Positions 38,977-52,312 of a stretch of 64,000 nt of DNA are shown here, in pieces (positions within the stretch are counted from its first letter, which is position 1; every line of letters begins with the position of its first letter). Under the pieces are notes generated by a model, which saw nothing but the letters and a program-made list of their open reading frames with translations, was not told the DNA's origin and made no database searches. The position numbers were made by a program, and so were the translations under genes. Source of the DNA: Callorhinchus milii. Its lineage: Eukaryota. The DNA lies in NCBI RefSeq assembly GCF_018977255.1, contig NW_024704742.1:20958001-21022000 (forward strand). The letters are read 5' to 3'.

Positions 38977-40637
38977 TTTACTTCCAGAGAGAACAATTGT
39001 GGAGCCAACCATGGTAGGGAAATGAATTTTCAAATTACTGTAAGATCTTACAGAAGATTAATTCTCAGCACGCATTAATATCAGCATGATTAGCGTCTTT
39101 CAAAAGGCTTTTGCAATTTGTTGTTTTTCACAAAAACATTTGGATTATGATATTATTATCATCCCCTTAAATGATACAATGAGAAATGCTCACAGCATTC
39201 CTCATCCTCAAAGATCTTTCATTATGTGTCTGACCAATGAGATCCCGCAGTGGAAAAGCTAGATAAGAATGTTGGCTTAGAAATGACGGGAAATCATTAA
39301 ACATATTGCTACTTCTACTATTCCTTTCTTTGTATGGGATTTAAATACAATTTAAAGATCACAAAGACAGATTCACCCCTCGTTCGGCAACACTCACTGA
39401 TGAAATTGACTAAATTACCTTCCTCCTCCACCCCTGAAATATTAAATCTGCAAAGGTCAGGTAAGCATTCATTGAGCTCCAAATCCACAATATGACAAAG
39501 CATCTATTTCAAAGATATTAGCATGCAGTTCAGTGGTTTCTGAATGTTACTCTTGATACTAAAATTCAACTATAGTTCAATAAATACATGAAACTGTTAT
39601 ACAAATATCATAAATACAAATATGTAACACAGTCATTTCAGCACCCTTTTCAGTTTGTCTTTTGAGAAATATGGCACAAAGCATGTTCCTTTTACAAGGA
39701 TCTATTTTGTATCAATCAATGAGGATTATTTCACCCTGCTGTTAAACTGCAAAGAGGTTTATACTTCTGGTAATGAAATTAACTGCCCCACAAGCAGCGA
39801 ACTGAAACAGGATAATGGTCTTGGTTCTTACAGAATAATCGCAAATAGCTTCTGTGATACTAGCGATGACAAAGGACAAAAACAGTATTGTATGGGACTA
39901 TAAAAAGTAAAGGTTAGACCATCAAAAGTTGTTAAAAATGGTCTGCAACTGACACAGGATTACTATAGTATGGTCATTATGCATTTCACTGAAATGTTCG
40001 AACATTTTAACCTTGTAAAAATCATAATTCTAATGATGGGCTGGATTAGTGACAGAAGAATTATGAAATTGATGACACTTTGAAACTGTGGTTCTGTAGT
40101 GATGAAAACTGGTACTGAACATGAAGCAGAAGCTTTCACATATCTTACACACTTCTAGGGATTGCCTGTTGCCAAATAAGTTTCCACATGTGTATGGACA
40201 TCTTGATGTGATTCCTTCAGTAACCTGATAAAGTTGAGAATTTCACGCTTGCATGAGCTGCAATTATAATTTTTGGGTCTATCTCCCCTATTTGAATAAT
40301 AGTAGGGGAAGCCAGGAAACGAGCTTCAAAAACTTGATTAAAGACAGCACCAAGCTTGGCTGTGTTGTCTTCTATGGCCAAAATCGTCTGCTAACACCCT
40401 GCTGTCTACCATTAATAATAATTGTTGCATTTGATATAGCAACTATAATGTTGAAATGTCTCAAAGCGCTTAACAGGTGTGTAGTGAGTGTGTGTTTGCA
40501 GCCAAATGTGGCAGTCAATATGCATATAACAATGTCTGGATTCAGCCATGAAGTGAATGACAAATTTATCTGAAGAATTGTTGACCATGACACCATGATG
40601 TCCCAGATAATGGCTATTGCCAATGGAACTGTTCACC

Positions 40638-40688
40638 AGACAGACAGACAGACAGACAAGATAGACAGACAGACAGACAGACAGCAGA
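40638..40688. repeat. (GACA)n microsatellite
   Basis: Direct reading. Confidence 0.9.
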
Positions 40689-43600
40689 CAAATGGATAGA
40701 TATAAAGAAAAAAGAAGATAGTTGCTGTTGTAGATAGAAAAAAAATCCAAATAAAACTGTTTATCTTCAAAAACAAAAACCTCCAAGTCGCAATTGCTCT
40801 ACTTCTTTATTGGCTATCCAAAATCATTATTCCTCAGTACATCTTATCAACCAATAACTGTGACAATATTATGAGAAGCTCTGCAACAGAACACTAAAAT
40901 TAAGTTTATGAAACTTACACTGCTTTTATGTTGTCATTTCATTAAAATAAATCGATGTACAAGAAAAATTCATTACGTGTAACAGCAATATACATCAGAG
41001 TCTCAGCATAATAATAAACTCTCTAAGGACTGAGGGGGCAATTTTGCAGAAAAGCACCACATGAGAAATGAAAATCTTTTAGTCATCCCAATAGTATCTG
41101 TAATTATGTTTTTTTCTGATCTCAACTCTTTGTTGGGGATACTTTTCATTTCACACTAAACACACATTCGTTTTTTTCTTTGGTGGTTCAAATCTATTGT
41201 CTCACTTACTTTCATCCGGATATAGGAAAATTGAATGAAGGCGCTTGTCAAATCAATGACAAGAACATGGGAAGGAAAATTCTATTGCTTTTACATACGG
41301 AATAAGATTTAGTCCAAGATAAATTAAATTAAAATACGATTTACGTATGTATTAGTTCTATTTCATTTTATAACAAAAGTCACGCCAGCACTGTATTAGA
41401 CAGAAAGAACATATTTGCAAAATGCTCCTGTAAGATCTTTATGTTTCTGAAAAATGATACAGAAATATTTACAAAGTGTCCTGTGTTGTATTGATTTGGA
41501 GGTGAAGGCGGTATCTATGTGGTGATGGGAGAACAGCACATCTGACATATGATTCTATGGAAGCTCCTCACCAAGCACACCTCCCAATCTGTTTGGGGTT
41601 AGGCAGAATATTTAAAAATATATACAAAAGGAAATAATGATTATGGTCGAGAGAGACCGATGCAAAAATTCATTCATATGTTAGATTGAAAGGTTTTTGG
41701 GTTGTAAATGTTAAGTGTGAAATTTTATTGCATTTACCACAAAACTAATGACAACAACCCTTGCAGCGATGACTTGACCAGGAAATTCTGTATCACCTGA
41801 ACCAGCGGGTTGTCAAGAATCACACGATATTATAGTAATATTTTGCGAGTTTTAAACACATTTTTACAAAGTGAATTGCAGATTCCATTAATTACATAAC
41901 TAATGACCAATGAAGAGGATTCCAGAATTATTTTTAGGTTATTTAAAATAATCACATTGGATAAGCAAGACAGATAAAGATAGTGATTGACTGAATTACA
42001 GAGAACAAAAAGTTAATCAATATAAGAGCCTTTGAAGAAGTGGATGCTTTAAACCTTGCTATCAACTGGCTGCTGGATTTCGCCCACAAAACTACATAAT
42101 CAATCCACTTTACTTTACTTTACTGTGATGGGTTTTGAGACGTCAAAACAATGTGATAAGACGCTATATCAAATTCAAGAGTTATTATCAGAAATAGTTT
42201 TTCTTTCCTCAAGAGAACAGTGTGAAACAGCATTAGCGTGTGGTACCTTCCACTGTAAGCTCTACTGAACAGTGTAGCCTCTTTTTCTTTGTGTACATAT
42301 CATATCACCCACACTTTTCTTTCAAAGTAATGATTCATTTGTCATTTATTCTTGGTGTAATATTTTGTTGTATTTGTGGACAAATGTGGCAACAACAACT
42401 TGCATTATATAGCCTTCGCACAGGATCAAGACTCAGAGTGCTTCACAGTGCTGAGGTTGGATTCTGAGCAAGGGAGAAAGGAGAGGAAAGGTGAGCATAG
42501 GTGTGGTGGAGGGGATAGATTTTAAAGTGGGATTTAAAAATAGTTAGAGGGGGTGGTGCACAAATAACTGTGAACTGAATAAACAATTAATCTGGAAAAA
42601 CTCCCTTCCCTTTTCAAATAGTTCCACGGGTTTCTTGATGTCCATTTGAACGAGCAGTAAGTTAGGATCTTGGTTCAACAGCGCATCTGAAGGACTGCAC
42701 CTCCAACAATGCTTCCCCACAGTCTGAGCACAAAGCCCTGAAGTGGGCTGTGACCCACAACTTTCTGATCCTCAAGTGAGAGTGCTACTAAATAACCCAG
42801 ACTGATATATAATGGGGAGGGGGTGTGGGGGGGAGTGGGGGTCAAATTGTGAGAGGCTCTGATGGTCGACGACGGGCAAAGTTATTTCTGCTGGTCAGTG
42901 GGTCAATGACTGGAGGACATTGATTTAAGATAATTACCAAAGGGGAAGATTAGGCAATTTTGTTTTACACACGGAGACTTGTTGGGAATATGGAATAAAC
43001 ACTCTGCTGGGTATGATGGTCGTACCAGGATCAATGTTGGTTTGCTTGAGGGAACGGATAGATGTCCAGAAAGGAGTCATTTGCAGGAGAGCAAGGATAG
43101 GGCAGGAACATGGGACTGAGTGGATTGCTCTTTCAAGGATCCAGCACAGACACACACAATTGGTCAAATAGTTGCCTTGATTTGTGGTGTAAACTTCTAT
43201 GGTTCTATTAAGTGCGAATTGTATGAGCAAACAAATGTAGATCTTATTTCTAAACCCAGACAAATCAAACAGGGATAACAGAATATACAGTACTGCAGTT
43301 CCAATTTAGTCACGATTTACGTAGCTCCACAGAACCAACTAAGTGACAAACAACAGTTATATTTCACTAGAAATAATGTCAGACATCTGTCGCCCATGGC
43401 AACAAAAGTTCCAGAAGAACAACACTGAAAGCCTTAGACAATTCCTCAGCAGTAAAGAGGTTCAGGTGAATGCCAGAGTGGTGAGTGGGCTGTTGAAACA
43501 TTACTGTGTATTACAGTGTGAGAATACATAGACAGTGTGCGCTGCGGCTGAACTAAGAATCTATCACAATCAACAGAGTGAGTGGAGTAGGGAGAAGACT

Positions 43601-43810
43601 CACGAGGAGGTGCATTTTCAGGACCACCGCTCTTATTCCAGTGTGACAGATTCTACCTTTCACACCCTTTTCTGACATTGATCAGGACACTTCATTTGAG
43701 TGGCTGATAATAAATTTATTAATCTGAATCACTTAAACACTTGTTTATTTGAGGTTATAGTAAATTCTGTGAAGTGCTTTGAGCCGCCTGAATGACGTGA
43801 TAAGGCACTA

Positions 43811-46065
43811 CAACAACAACAAAATTACATTTATAGAGCGTCTTTCATGTCGGGAGGACGTCCCAAGGCGCTGGACAGTCAGGGATCAGGACCCGAGCAT
43901 GGGGTAAGGGGTGGGGCAGGGGTGAGGGAAGGCAGAGCGGTAGGAGGGCGACTGAAGGCACGATCGAAGAGGAGGGTCTTGAGACCGGCCTTGAAAGAGG
44001 CAAGGGAGGAAGCGAGGCGAAGGGACTGTGGGATGGAGTTCCAGAGTGTGGGGGCAGAGAGGCTAAAAGCCCGGCTACCGATGGTAGGGTGGGTCGGGCA
44101 GGAGACATGGAGCAGGCCAGAGCCCGCTGAATGGAGGAAGCGGGCAGAATGGTAGGGAATCAGCAGGTCAGAGAAGTAGGAGAGGGCAAGGCCATGGATG
44201 GCCTTGAAAGTGAGTACGAGGATCTTGAATTCGATCATCTGGGGGATGGGGAGCTGACTGGCTTAGTGAGAGTGAGTGTGCAGCCGTGGAGGCTGATGCT
44301 GCCAGCGCCCGAGATGCGGAGGCGCTGGAGTGAGCCAATCAGGAGGGCCTCGGTTTTGCTGATGTTGAGTTGGAGAAAGTTGTCCCTCGTCCAGGACTTG
44401 ATGTCAGACAGGCAGTCAATCAGGACGCCAGTAGTCCTGGAGTTGAGGGTGGAGGCAGAGAGATAGAGTTGGGTGTCATCCGCATACATGTAGAAACTTA
44501 TCCCATGTCTGCGGATGATGTCACCAAGGGGAGCATGTAGAGGGTGAAGAGGAGGGGACCGAGGACAGAGCCCTGAGGAATGCTGCATGAGACAGTGTGG
44601 GGGCTGGAGAAGCCATTTGCTGAGACAAAGTGGAGGCGGTGTGAAAGGTAGGACCTGAACCAGTCAAGGACAGAATCTTGACGTTTGAGGTGGGAGGAGA
44701 GGCAGTAGAAGAGGCTTGAGTGGTCCACAGTAGCAAAGGCGGCAGAAAGGTCAAGGAGGACAAGGAGTCAGAGGGAGCCCTGATCACACATGGGCAGCAC
44801 AGAAACCGATTGGAGGGGCTCATTGAGGGAGTGAGAGGAGAGGAGAGGAAAGGGCGAAGCTGTGAGGCAACGGCTCTCTCAAGGACCTTAGACAGAAAAG
44901 GGAGGTGAGAGATGGGACCGTAGCTGTCAAAGGAAGGTTTCTTCAGGGTGGGGATGATAGTGGCTTTTGAGGGGGGTAGGAACAGTGCCAAATGACAAGG
45001 AGAATTGATGATGTCGGCGAGTAGTGGGGCAAGGAAGTGGAGCTGGGATTTAAGGAGAGGGGTGGGGATGGGGTCCAGGGAGCAGATGGTAAGCTTCATG
45101 GAGGATATGGTGATGATGACAGAGGAGGGAGTGACAGGTTCAAAGGTGTGGAAGGATGGATGGGTAGCTGTCGGAGTGTGGGGGTTGGTAGGGAGGGGAT
45201 GGAAGTTGGGAGCGCAGTGGCAGCTGAGCGGATTCCCTCGATTTTGGACTCGAGGAAGTCCAGCATTTCCGACCAGTGGGAGTCGGAGAAAAGAATCTGC
45301 GAGGCATGGCAAGGAGGGCGGAGGAGCTGGTTGGTGGTGGAGAACAGGAGCCTGGGGTTACCCTTCGCCTCCAGGATTAACCTGGAGTAGAAGGACGATT
45401 TGGCCGAGGTGAGAGCAGAGCGGTAGGTTTTGATGTGGTCCAGCCAGATGTGCTGGTGGACCGTAAGGCTGGATTTGAGTTGAGTGCATTTGGCAGCCCA
45501 CAACTGTCCCTTGAGCGAGCGGAGATGGCTGGTGAACCAGGGTGAGGATCGGGAATAGGAGGCAGTTCGGAAGTTGAGGGGGCAAGGGTGTCAAGTGTCG
45601 TAAATAGGGTGCTGTGGAGGAGAGTAAACGCAGAGGATGAGTTGGTGTGGGAGGTGGATCAGAAGGGGAGGAGTAGTAGCAGAGAGGGATAGCGGGGAGA
45701 TCTTTTTCCACAGGTGGTAGAAGATAGTGGTAGGTTTGGAGGCAGTGGGGAGAGGGATATAGGAGTTGAGGAAGATGAAATGGTGGTCAGAGATGGCCTT
45801 GTCGGTGATGGTGACAACCGAGATGCTGAGGCCCCGGGTGATCACCAGGTTGAGCGGGTGGCCATGAACGTGGGTAGCAGAGTGCGTGTGGAGGGAGAGG
45901 TTGAGAGAAGAGAGAGGAGAAGTCTGAGAAGGTGGAGCAAGTGGGGGGTGAAGTGGAGGTTGAAGTCGCCTAAGATGATGAGGCGGTTGGAGCAGAGGCA
46001 GAAGGAAGCTAGAAGGGTGGAGATGTCAGAGATGAAGGTGGGGAAGGATTTTGGGGGCGCGGTAA
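43811..46065 (-). mobile_element. L2 LINE, about 2.25 kb, frameshifted ORF2 (end of APE domain, RT, 3' tail)
   Basis: [93 protein letters not shown]; tail ends in (ttg)n at 43811. Confidence 0.95.
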
Positions 46066-46184
46066 ATTAGGAGAATATCAAATGCAAGGATTATCATTAT
46101 TATTTTCCAAATTTATCACATCAAAAATAGACATAAGAAGGGAGGAATTGGTATTCTAACTTGTCTGAACTTTATGACATTGAG

Positions 46185-46630
46185 AAATGGGCACTCTCTC
46201 CCCGGAGGGACATGTCCTGCTTACCTAATTCCGGAGAGTATTAGACGCAGGATGGCAAGAGCCAAGGCTTGGGGACCAGAGCGTGCATTGGGTTACTGCT
46301 GAAGTCTAACCAGCTAAAACGGCATAGCTTGCCATTGATATTGCTGTCTGGCAAACTTTCCCATTGCTTGTCCACCCTACCCGTTAGGGCTTTGGCTTAC
46401 AGGGTTAACAGGAGCTGAGTGTGATGACTCCCTGCTCTCAAGTGACTAGTTGTGCCCTCCCAAGTCCTGCTGATCAGCCAGGCTGCCTGTGGTGTCCTCA
46501 GCAGTGCCCTGGATTACTCCTGACCTGCTCAGGAACCATCCGAGACCATCACAGACTGCTGGCTCGATTCCGACATTCCATTGCCAGGCATGTCACCTTG
46601 GTGCCAGTACAGCTCCAAGGAGACCCCGCG
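46185..46630. mobile_element. Second copy of the unclassified repeat, inverted relative to 36550-37005
   Basis: tggcaagagccaaggcttgg, gtctaaccagctaaaac and gttaacaggagctgag are shared in reverse complement. Confidence 0.75.
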
Positions 46631-47049
46631 TACTTCCTCCCCCCAAGAAGGATCGTCACAGGTTAGCTGCTAAACGATAGGGGAGAATGGCCATAGGAGT
46701 AGTTGAAGAGATAGGTTTTTAGATAGGGTTAAAGACATATAAAGCTGAGCCAGTGTGATAGACATATAGAGCTGAGCCAGAGATTATGAATGTAGTAACT
46801 GGAGGCTGGGCCACTAATGGTAGCACAGCAGTCCAGAGTTAGTCGAATGGAGGGTCGAGCAGAGGTAAAGAGGAGTATCACAGAGATAGGGAGGTGCTAG
46901 GGTATGAAGAGATTTATAGATGAGGGTGAAGACATTAGCAAACAATTCCAGACCAAGAGCATCACTTTATATTACCTTTTATATTGGTTTGGAAAATGTG
47001 AAAGGCTGTCAAATTAAATTTAAATACAATTTAATGGCGATCATACAAT

Positions 47050-47875
47050 TATGCCATTCTCTTCAATCGCCCCTCCTCCATCATCCACCTTAGTGGGACC
47101 GCACTCTCCTGGTTGGTGTCCTACTTAACCAACTGCCATCACCTTGTCTCTGCAAATGATTTCCTCCCACCCCCTGCAGAGTAATCCAAAGGTCCAATCT
47201 TGGCCCCCTACTTTTCGCCATTTTCGTGCTTCTTCTCGGTGATGTCGTCTGCAAATATGGAGTTAACTTCCACATGTATGCAGATGACACACAAATCGAC
47301 TTCTCCTCCAGCTGCAACTCCAGGTCCATCAATGTTCTATCTCTTGCTTGTCAGACATCAAGGCCGGGATGAGGGCCAACTTTCTGCAGCTGAAGGTCGA
47401 CAAGATAGAAACCATACTCCTTGGCTCCCATCAACGTCTCCTCTCCTGTGGCTCATTATTCCAGTCGTCACCACTGGCTCCGTATCACAGAACAAAACAA
47501 ATTCAAGATCCAAACACTCATCTACCAATCCCTTCATGTCCTGGCATCTCTCTACCTCTCCGATCTGCTTACTTCCCACTTCACCACCCGCCATCTCCGC
47601 TCGGCTGGCTCCTGCCTCCTGTGCTCCCAGACTCCGTTCGGCATAAAGCGCGCGATATAAATGCAAGTTGTTGTTGTTGATATTCCTCGTCCCCTTCGTT
47701 CCAACATTGGCGGCCATGCTTTCAGCCACTACGCCCCTAAACATGGGAACTCTCTCCCTCGGTCGCTCCGCCGTGTACCCCTCATTTTCAGATCACGCCC
47801 GAAGAGCTTCCTCTTCGACCATTCCTATGGTCACCTCCCTCTTCCTCCAGCTCGGCGCTGGGCTCCGCTACTGAA
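47050..47875 (+). mobile_element. L2 LINE fragment (RT motif plus 3' region)
   Basis: cacatgtatgcagatgacacacaaatc encodes HMYADDTQI; NFLQLKVDKIE; ccactggctc motif; ggcggccatgctttcagcc. Confidence 0.85.
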
Positions 47876-48340
47876 GGCCACCGGGAAAACCGGCAGCGAC
47901 CCCCCAGCCACCAAACTTAGCGCGCGGACGTGTCAGTGGCTGGACGGCGGCTGGTGTGGACCTGTGTTGGCTGCGGTGAGGTATCCACCATGACCCCCCC
48001 CCAAAACCCCACCCGCCCCGCGGCCCCCTGGCCGAGCGGGTTAGGTTGGCGGGGAGGTGAGGCGACTTCAATGGGTTTTCGGCGGGTGAGACAAGACGTC
48101 AGCGAGTCACGCAGCTGGGGGTTGTCGTCACGGTTGTCGTTCGTCGTCGTCGTTGTTGTTGCCGCCGCCGGCCCACCTGCGACTGCGCGGGTTTGCACGC
48201 GTCCAACTCCAGGGGGCGCGAAGGGCGCGAAGGGCGCGGTACAAACGCAAGCTGTGGTGTTGCTAAATCCCAGGGGCGGACGGGTCAGCTGCGCGGTCCG
48301 GTTCATGAACACACCCCGTGGGCAGTTTTACCGGGAAACA
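47860..48340. promoter_or_regulatory. CpG island, presumptive TMA16 promoter/first exon
   Basis: The densest CpG cluster in the window, with GC-box-like ggggcgg and donor-like GCG|GTGAGG (about 47976) and CGG|GTGAGA; about 1.1 kb upstream of the first recognisable TMA16 exon. Confidence 0.65.
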
Positions 48341-48370
48341 ACATGGTTCTTAATTGACTGTTTATTTTGA

Positions 48371-48569
48371 GGCGGAGGGGGTGGGGGGAGGGGGTGGGGG
48401 AGGGGGGGGGGTGGGGAGGGGGTGGGGGTGGGGGGGGGGGAGGGGGTGGGGGTGGGGGTGGGGTGGGGGAGGGGGTGGGGGGGTGGGGGGTGGGGAGGGG
48501 GTGGGGGAGGGGGTGGGGTGGGGGGGGGGGGGGGGTGGGGGAGGGGGTGGGGTGGGGGTGGGGGGGGGG
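48371..48569 (+). repeat. G-tract repeat (GGGGT/GGGGA)n with G-quadruplex potential
   Basis: About 200 nt, almost entirely G runs. Confidence 0.95.
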
Positions 48570-49445
48570 AAGGAGTTTAGTCAATAAATGAGAGGCGGAA
48601 CCTTTCACCTCCTCCCCACAACCGGGCCTGTTGTTTGAGCCCCGGTTACACAGGCCAAGTTGAGTGGCGAGAAGTGTCAGAAGCAATGTCAGGGTTTTCA
48701 GAAGATTAATGATATTTCCTTGAACAACTAGTTCTATAGGTACAACTTCCTAACAGGAATTGAACAGTTCTTCGCTTGCAAGTGTTTACCTAAGCTACAG
48801 ACTCAGGTCAGAGTCAAGCTAATTAGGTTGACAAATATAAGCTTATTAACAATTTATCTGCTAAGGAAATGTTTAAATCCACGTGGCTGGAGCTGGGGGC
48901 AGGATAAGAAATGTGACCACCCTCTATCCATTTTCTTTTAAAAGAGGGATATCTTACAGTAAACTGAATTTATAGATGGCTCTTGCCCTGGACTGTAAGA
49001 GGAAGACAAACCAAAATGTGCAGTTAGTTTTCAATTTGAGTTTAGAAACCTGCTACACTAGAAGTTTTAAACAAAAGTTTAGGTTTGTGTTGGATGCAAT
49101 GTTTTAGACTGCTTGTGTACTGAAATAGGTGCTCAGATCTTTGGCTTTTTTAACCTTTTGTTTTATATATAAAATAATAACATAATAATATAGTAAGTAA
49201 TAATAATAATAATCCTTGCATTTAATATAGCGTTGTTCACGTCTTCTTGACGTCTCAAAGCGCTTCACAGAATATGCTGTAAAGTGAATTGATTGTATAT
49301 TTGTGGGCAAATTTGAATTTAAACAATCAGCAGTATATTTTCTTTTTAAGATATTAAAGGAATTTAAGGCAAAGTAATGATTTGGGATTTATGTGAGTTT
49401 GATTCATGTACTGTTTAAGCAAATCTGATTTCTGTCCCACTTCAG

Positions 49446-49594
49446 GTACTTGCAAAGATTCGATCTTGAGCTGGATCAGATTGAATTAGCGAATAGTATC
49501 AAAGGCAGGCAAGGAAGACAGCATGCGTCTCGGGAGGCAATTCTCAAACACACAATTGAACGTGAGAGATTTCTATATGAAGAAAATGGAATGG
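49446..49594 (+). CDS. TMA16: TMA16 internal coding exon
   Basis: ttcAG|G TAC TTG CAA.. encodes [49 protein letters not shown], then |GTatga; resembles the vertebrate TMA16 segment [30 protein letters not shown]. Confidence 0.92.
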
Positions 49595-51027
49595 GTATGA
49601 GTACTTCGTATAAAGCGTTCTTATTTAAAAGTTTAATTAAACATTTTGCATTTTTCCTTTTCAGCTCTCAACCAAAAGTACACCCACACAGCTGGTTCTA
49701 GCAGAATGCAAAGATTATTTACATGCTTCAGGGGAATCAAGTGCTGCCTTGATTATAGGCTTGATATCCTTTGACCCATGCTAACTGGAAGCATAATACA
49801 TCTGGCTTTACTGCTGACAAGCCGGCTTCCAGGTTAAGTTACTGCTGCTGTCACTTTGTGAAGAAAGTGACGTCAGTGATTCTGCTTGCACTTTGTGTGC
49901 ATGCACAGAGTTCAAAAAATGACATAAATTTTGACCTGACACCTTTCTGTCAACAATAATTATTTTTGCTTTAATAATGTGTCCTCCCAAGTTTTTCACC
50001 CAGAGGACTACATTATAATAAAGTGCAGAATCAAGCTGTGCAGACCAGAAAATTGAAGGTTCAGATCCATTCCTTCAGGGTAATTGAAATTATTATAGAT
50101 GTGTATCTATATTGTGGCATCTGATTAATTATTTGTGCTGGTCTAAATGTTAGAATGCAAATATCCGTTTATTTGCAGTCCTTTAATCAATGGTGAGAAT
50201 GGGAATACTCCTCCGTTTTATTCCGAAGTGCTAACTTCAGCATGTTTGTTTACAGTAAATGCAGAATATTCTGAAATACTATGAAATTCAATTCTAATTA
50301 GCCATAATATTAATCATGGCTTCTGAAACCTGGCTAGAGTTTTTGTTAATACACCGATAATTACTTTTTATTTAAATTCAATTTACTGACTGTTGTTCAC
50401 ACCTTGTATAGATCGCTGATGAGCCAGCGTTTCGAATGGTGTGAACAGACTGAGCACCCTTCAATAGGACATTGAGTATTCAGAGAATGTTAGCTTTATG
50501 GGCATGGGCAAGATGACGATGGTGAGGCATCATTCATGCTAAGATACTTGCTTAATAATATAATCCTTGCATTTAAATATAGTGCTTTATCACGTTGTCT
50601 GTGTTGCTGCATTTCAAGGGATATAACGTAAACATGACAGTCAATTTGCACATACCAATGTGACGAGCAGCAATGAAGCAGCTATAACTGGAGGATTGTT
50701 GGCCAAGATGCCAGGAGATACTTCTCTTTTTGAGTAGTGCCTTGGGATCTTTAATGTCAATCTGAACAGGCAGATGTGACCTTGGTTTAACATATTATCT
50801 CATCCGAAGGACAGCATCTCTGACAATTCAAAAGTCCAAAACATTTTGTGCCCTATTAAGGGTAACTTTGTGTAATTACCAACGAGAACACAGATTAGGG
50901 ACAAGCCATTTGTCTTAGAAAAATATATTTTAATCAACTACTATCATGCTGAGCATTAGAAAATGACCTTTTTGTTTCAGAAAGCATATTAATTATTTTG
51001 TTCAGATTGTTATTTTTCTTTCTGCAG

Positions 51028-51070
51028 AGATTCCAGATATCATCAATCCAAAGAACCTGAAAATCTTTAG
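51028..51070 (+). CDS. TMA16: TMA16 penultimate coding exon (43 nt)
   Basis: tttctgcAG|AG ATT CCA GAT.. encodes (E)IPDIINPKNLKIF(R), then |GTatgt; phases are compatible with both neighbouring exons. Confidence 0.92.
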
Positions 51071-51617
51071 GTATGTTCATGTGCTTGTCATGTTCTATTC
51101 TGCACTCCCCAGTTTATTAAATAATTTGTGAGGATAATAATAATAATCTTTACATTTGATATAGCGCCTTATCACGTCTTTGAGACGTCTCAAAGTGCTG
51201 CAATATATTACTATCTAGATGGCTTGTCTATACTAAATATATACATAGATAGTTGGTGTTATTGTATTTGCTGTAACTTTGCATAAATTTCAGGGACAAA
51301 TTTGTAAATTTAGTTAAATGAATCAACCAACAACAACAACAAAATTATATTTGTATAGAGCCTTTCATGTCGGGAGGATGTCCCAAGGCACTGCATCAGC
51401 TATTTTTACAGTGAAAAGGGTATAGAAAAAGTGGGCATTATTTTGGGGACCTGAATCTGAATCCATCCTTCGCTAGTTGTGTCCTTTCAACTAACTATTC
51501 AATGCTTGATATTCACACAAGTCATAGGAACAGAATCCACAGCAAACGCAATGTATTATCAAAACTCAATTGTTCCATTTTGATTGTTTTTCTCACTTTT
51601 GTTCTGTTCTGCTTCAG

Positions 51618-51789
51618 AGAATGGGATGGAAATCTGAAAAAACTTCCCAATTTGAAAATGAAAAAAATATCTTTAAAGGATTCAACTTGTATACAGAAAG
51701 AAAGCCAAAATGCTGACGTGACAGAAAGCGTACAGGAGGAGGATGAGGACGTTGAGGACAAGCAGTCTGTAGTAAAGGAGGATGAATAG
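51618..51789 (+). CDS. TMA16: TMA16 last coding exon
   Basis: gcttcAG|A GAA TGG.. encodes EWDGNLKKLPNLKMKKISLKD...acidic tail, TAG; matches TMA16 EWDxDLKKLPNIKM. Confidence 0.92.
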
Positions 51790-51980
51790 AATTATGAAAT
51801 ACCCCAAAATTTCCTTGCAAGAAGCCATTTAAATTGAACCTGATGCAATGCATTCAAACGCTTGAGATGACCAATGGTGAAAATATATTTTTGAGATATT
51901 TTGCTCCTGCATAAATGAACCTAACCTTTTGTAAGGTATCCAGAAGTGCTCATATTTGCAAAGAAAATCTATTTATTGCC

Positions 51981-52013
51981 AATAAAGTTTGAAATATTTG
52001 AAATACTAATAAA
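51981..52013 (+). terminator. TMA16: Candidate TMA16 polyadenylation signals (AATAAA at 51981 and 52008)
   Basis: Two AATAAA hexamers about 200 nt after the stop, followed by a T/GT-rich tract. Confidence 0.6.
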
Positions 52014-52312
52014 TTTATGCATAAAATATCTTCTGATGTAGTTTTTGTTATTTCTTCCCTCTCCAATGTTAATTCTGTTGAATGTTTATAACATGTTTTT
52101 CCCTAAAACTAGTTGTATTCTGGAGATATACTATGTTAATTTGTCATTTTTTAAAAAATGATATTGAAGTTGGTAGAAATATTGAATGAAGTGCAGGATA
52201 ACAGCTGGAAATTGACATCCGTGATGGAACAGTGGTAGGCTATAATCCTATATTCCCTTTGTCATGGCAACAAATAATTGCCTCCAGGAGAGCCAGATCA
52301 ACATCTTGTATA

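Noticed and set aside
41034..41100. Faint resemblance to TMA16 exon 2 (aaagcacca..gtcatcc..atagta)
   Set aside because: In-frame stop and wrong spacing; the preceding gggggcaatttt looks like a MITE-type end also seen near 34385 and 34620
47917..48686. ORFs of 127-146 aa over the CpG island and G-tract
   Set aside because: GC-rich and low-complexity artefacts with no TMA16 N-terminal similarity
49868..49875. Perfect CRE palindrome TGACGTCA in a TMA16 intron
   Set aside because: A single 8-mer is expected by chance in 64 kb; no supporting context
50417..50453. C/D-box snoRNA (TGATGA...CTGA)
   Set aside because: Boxes span only 37 nt, with no terminal stem or later D box; the splice-signal explanation fits better
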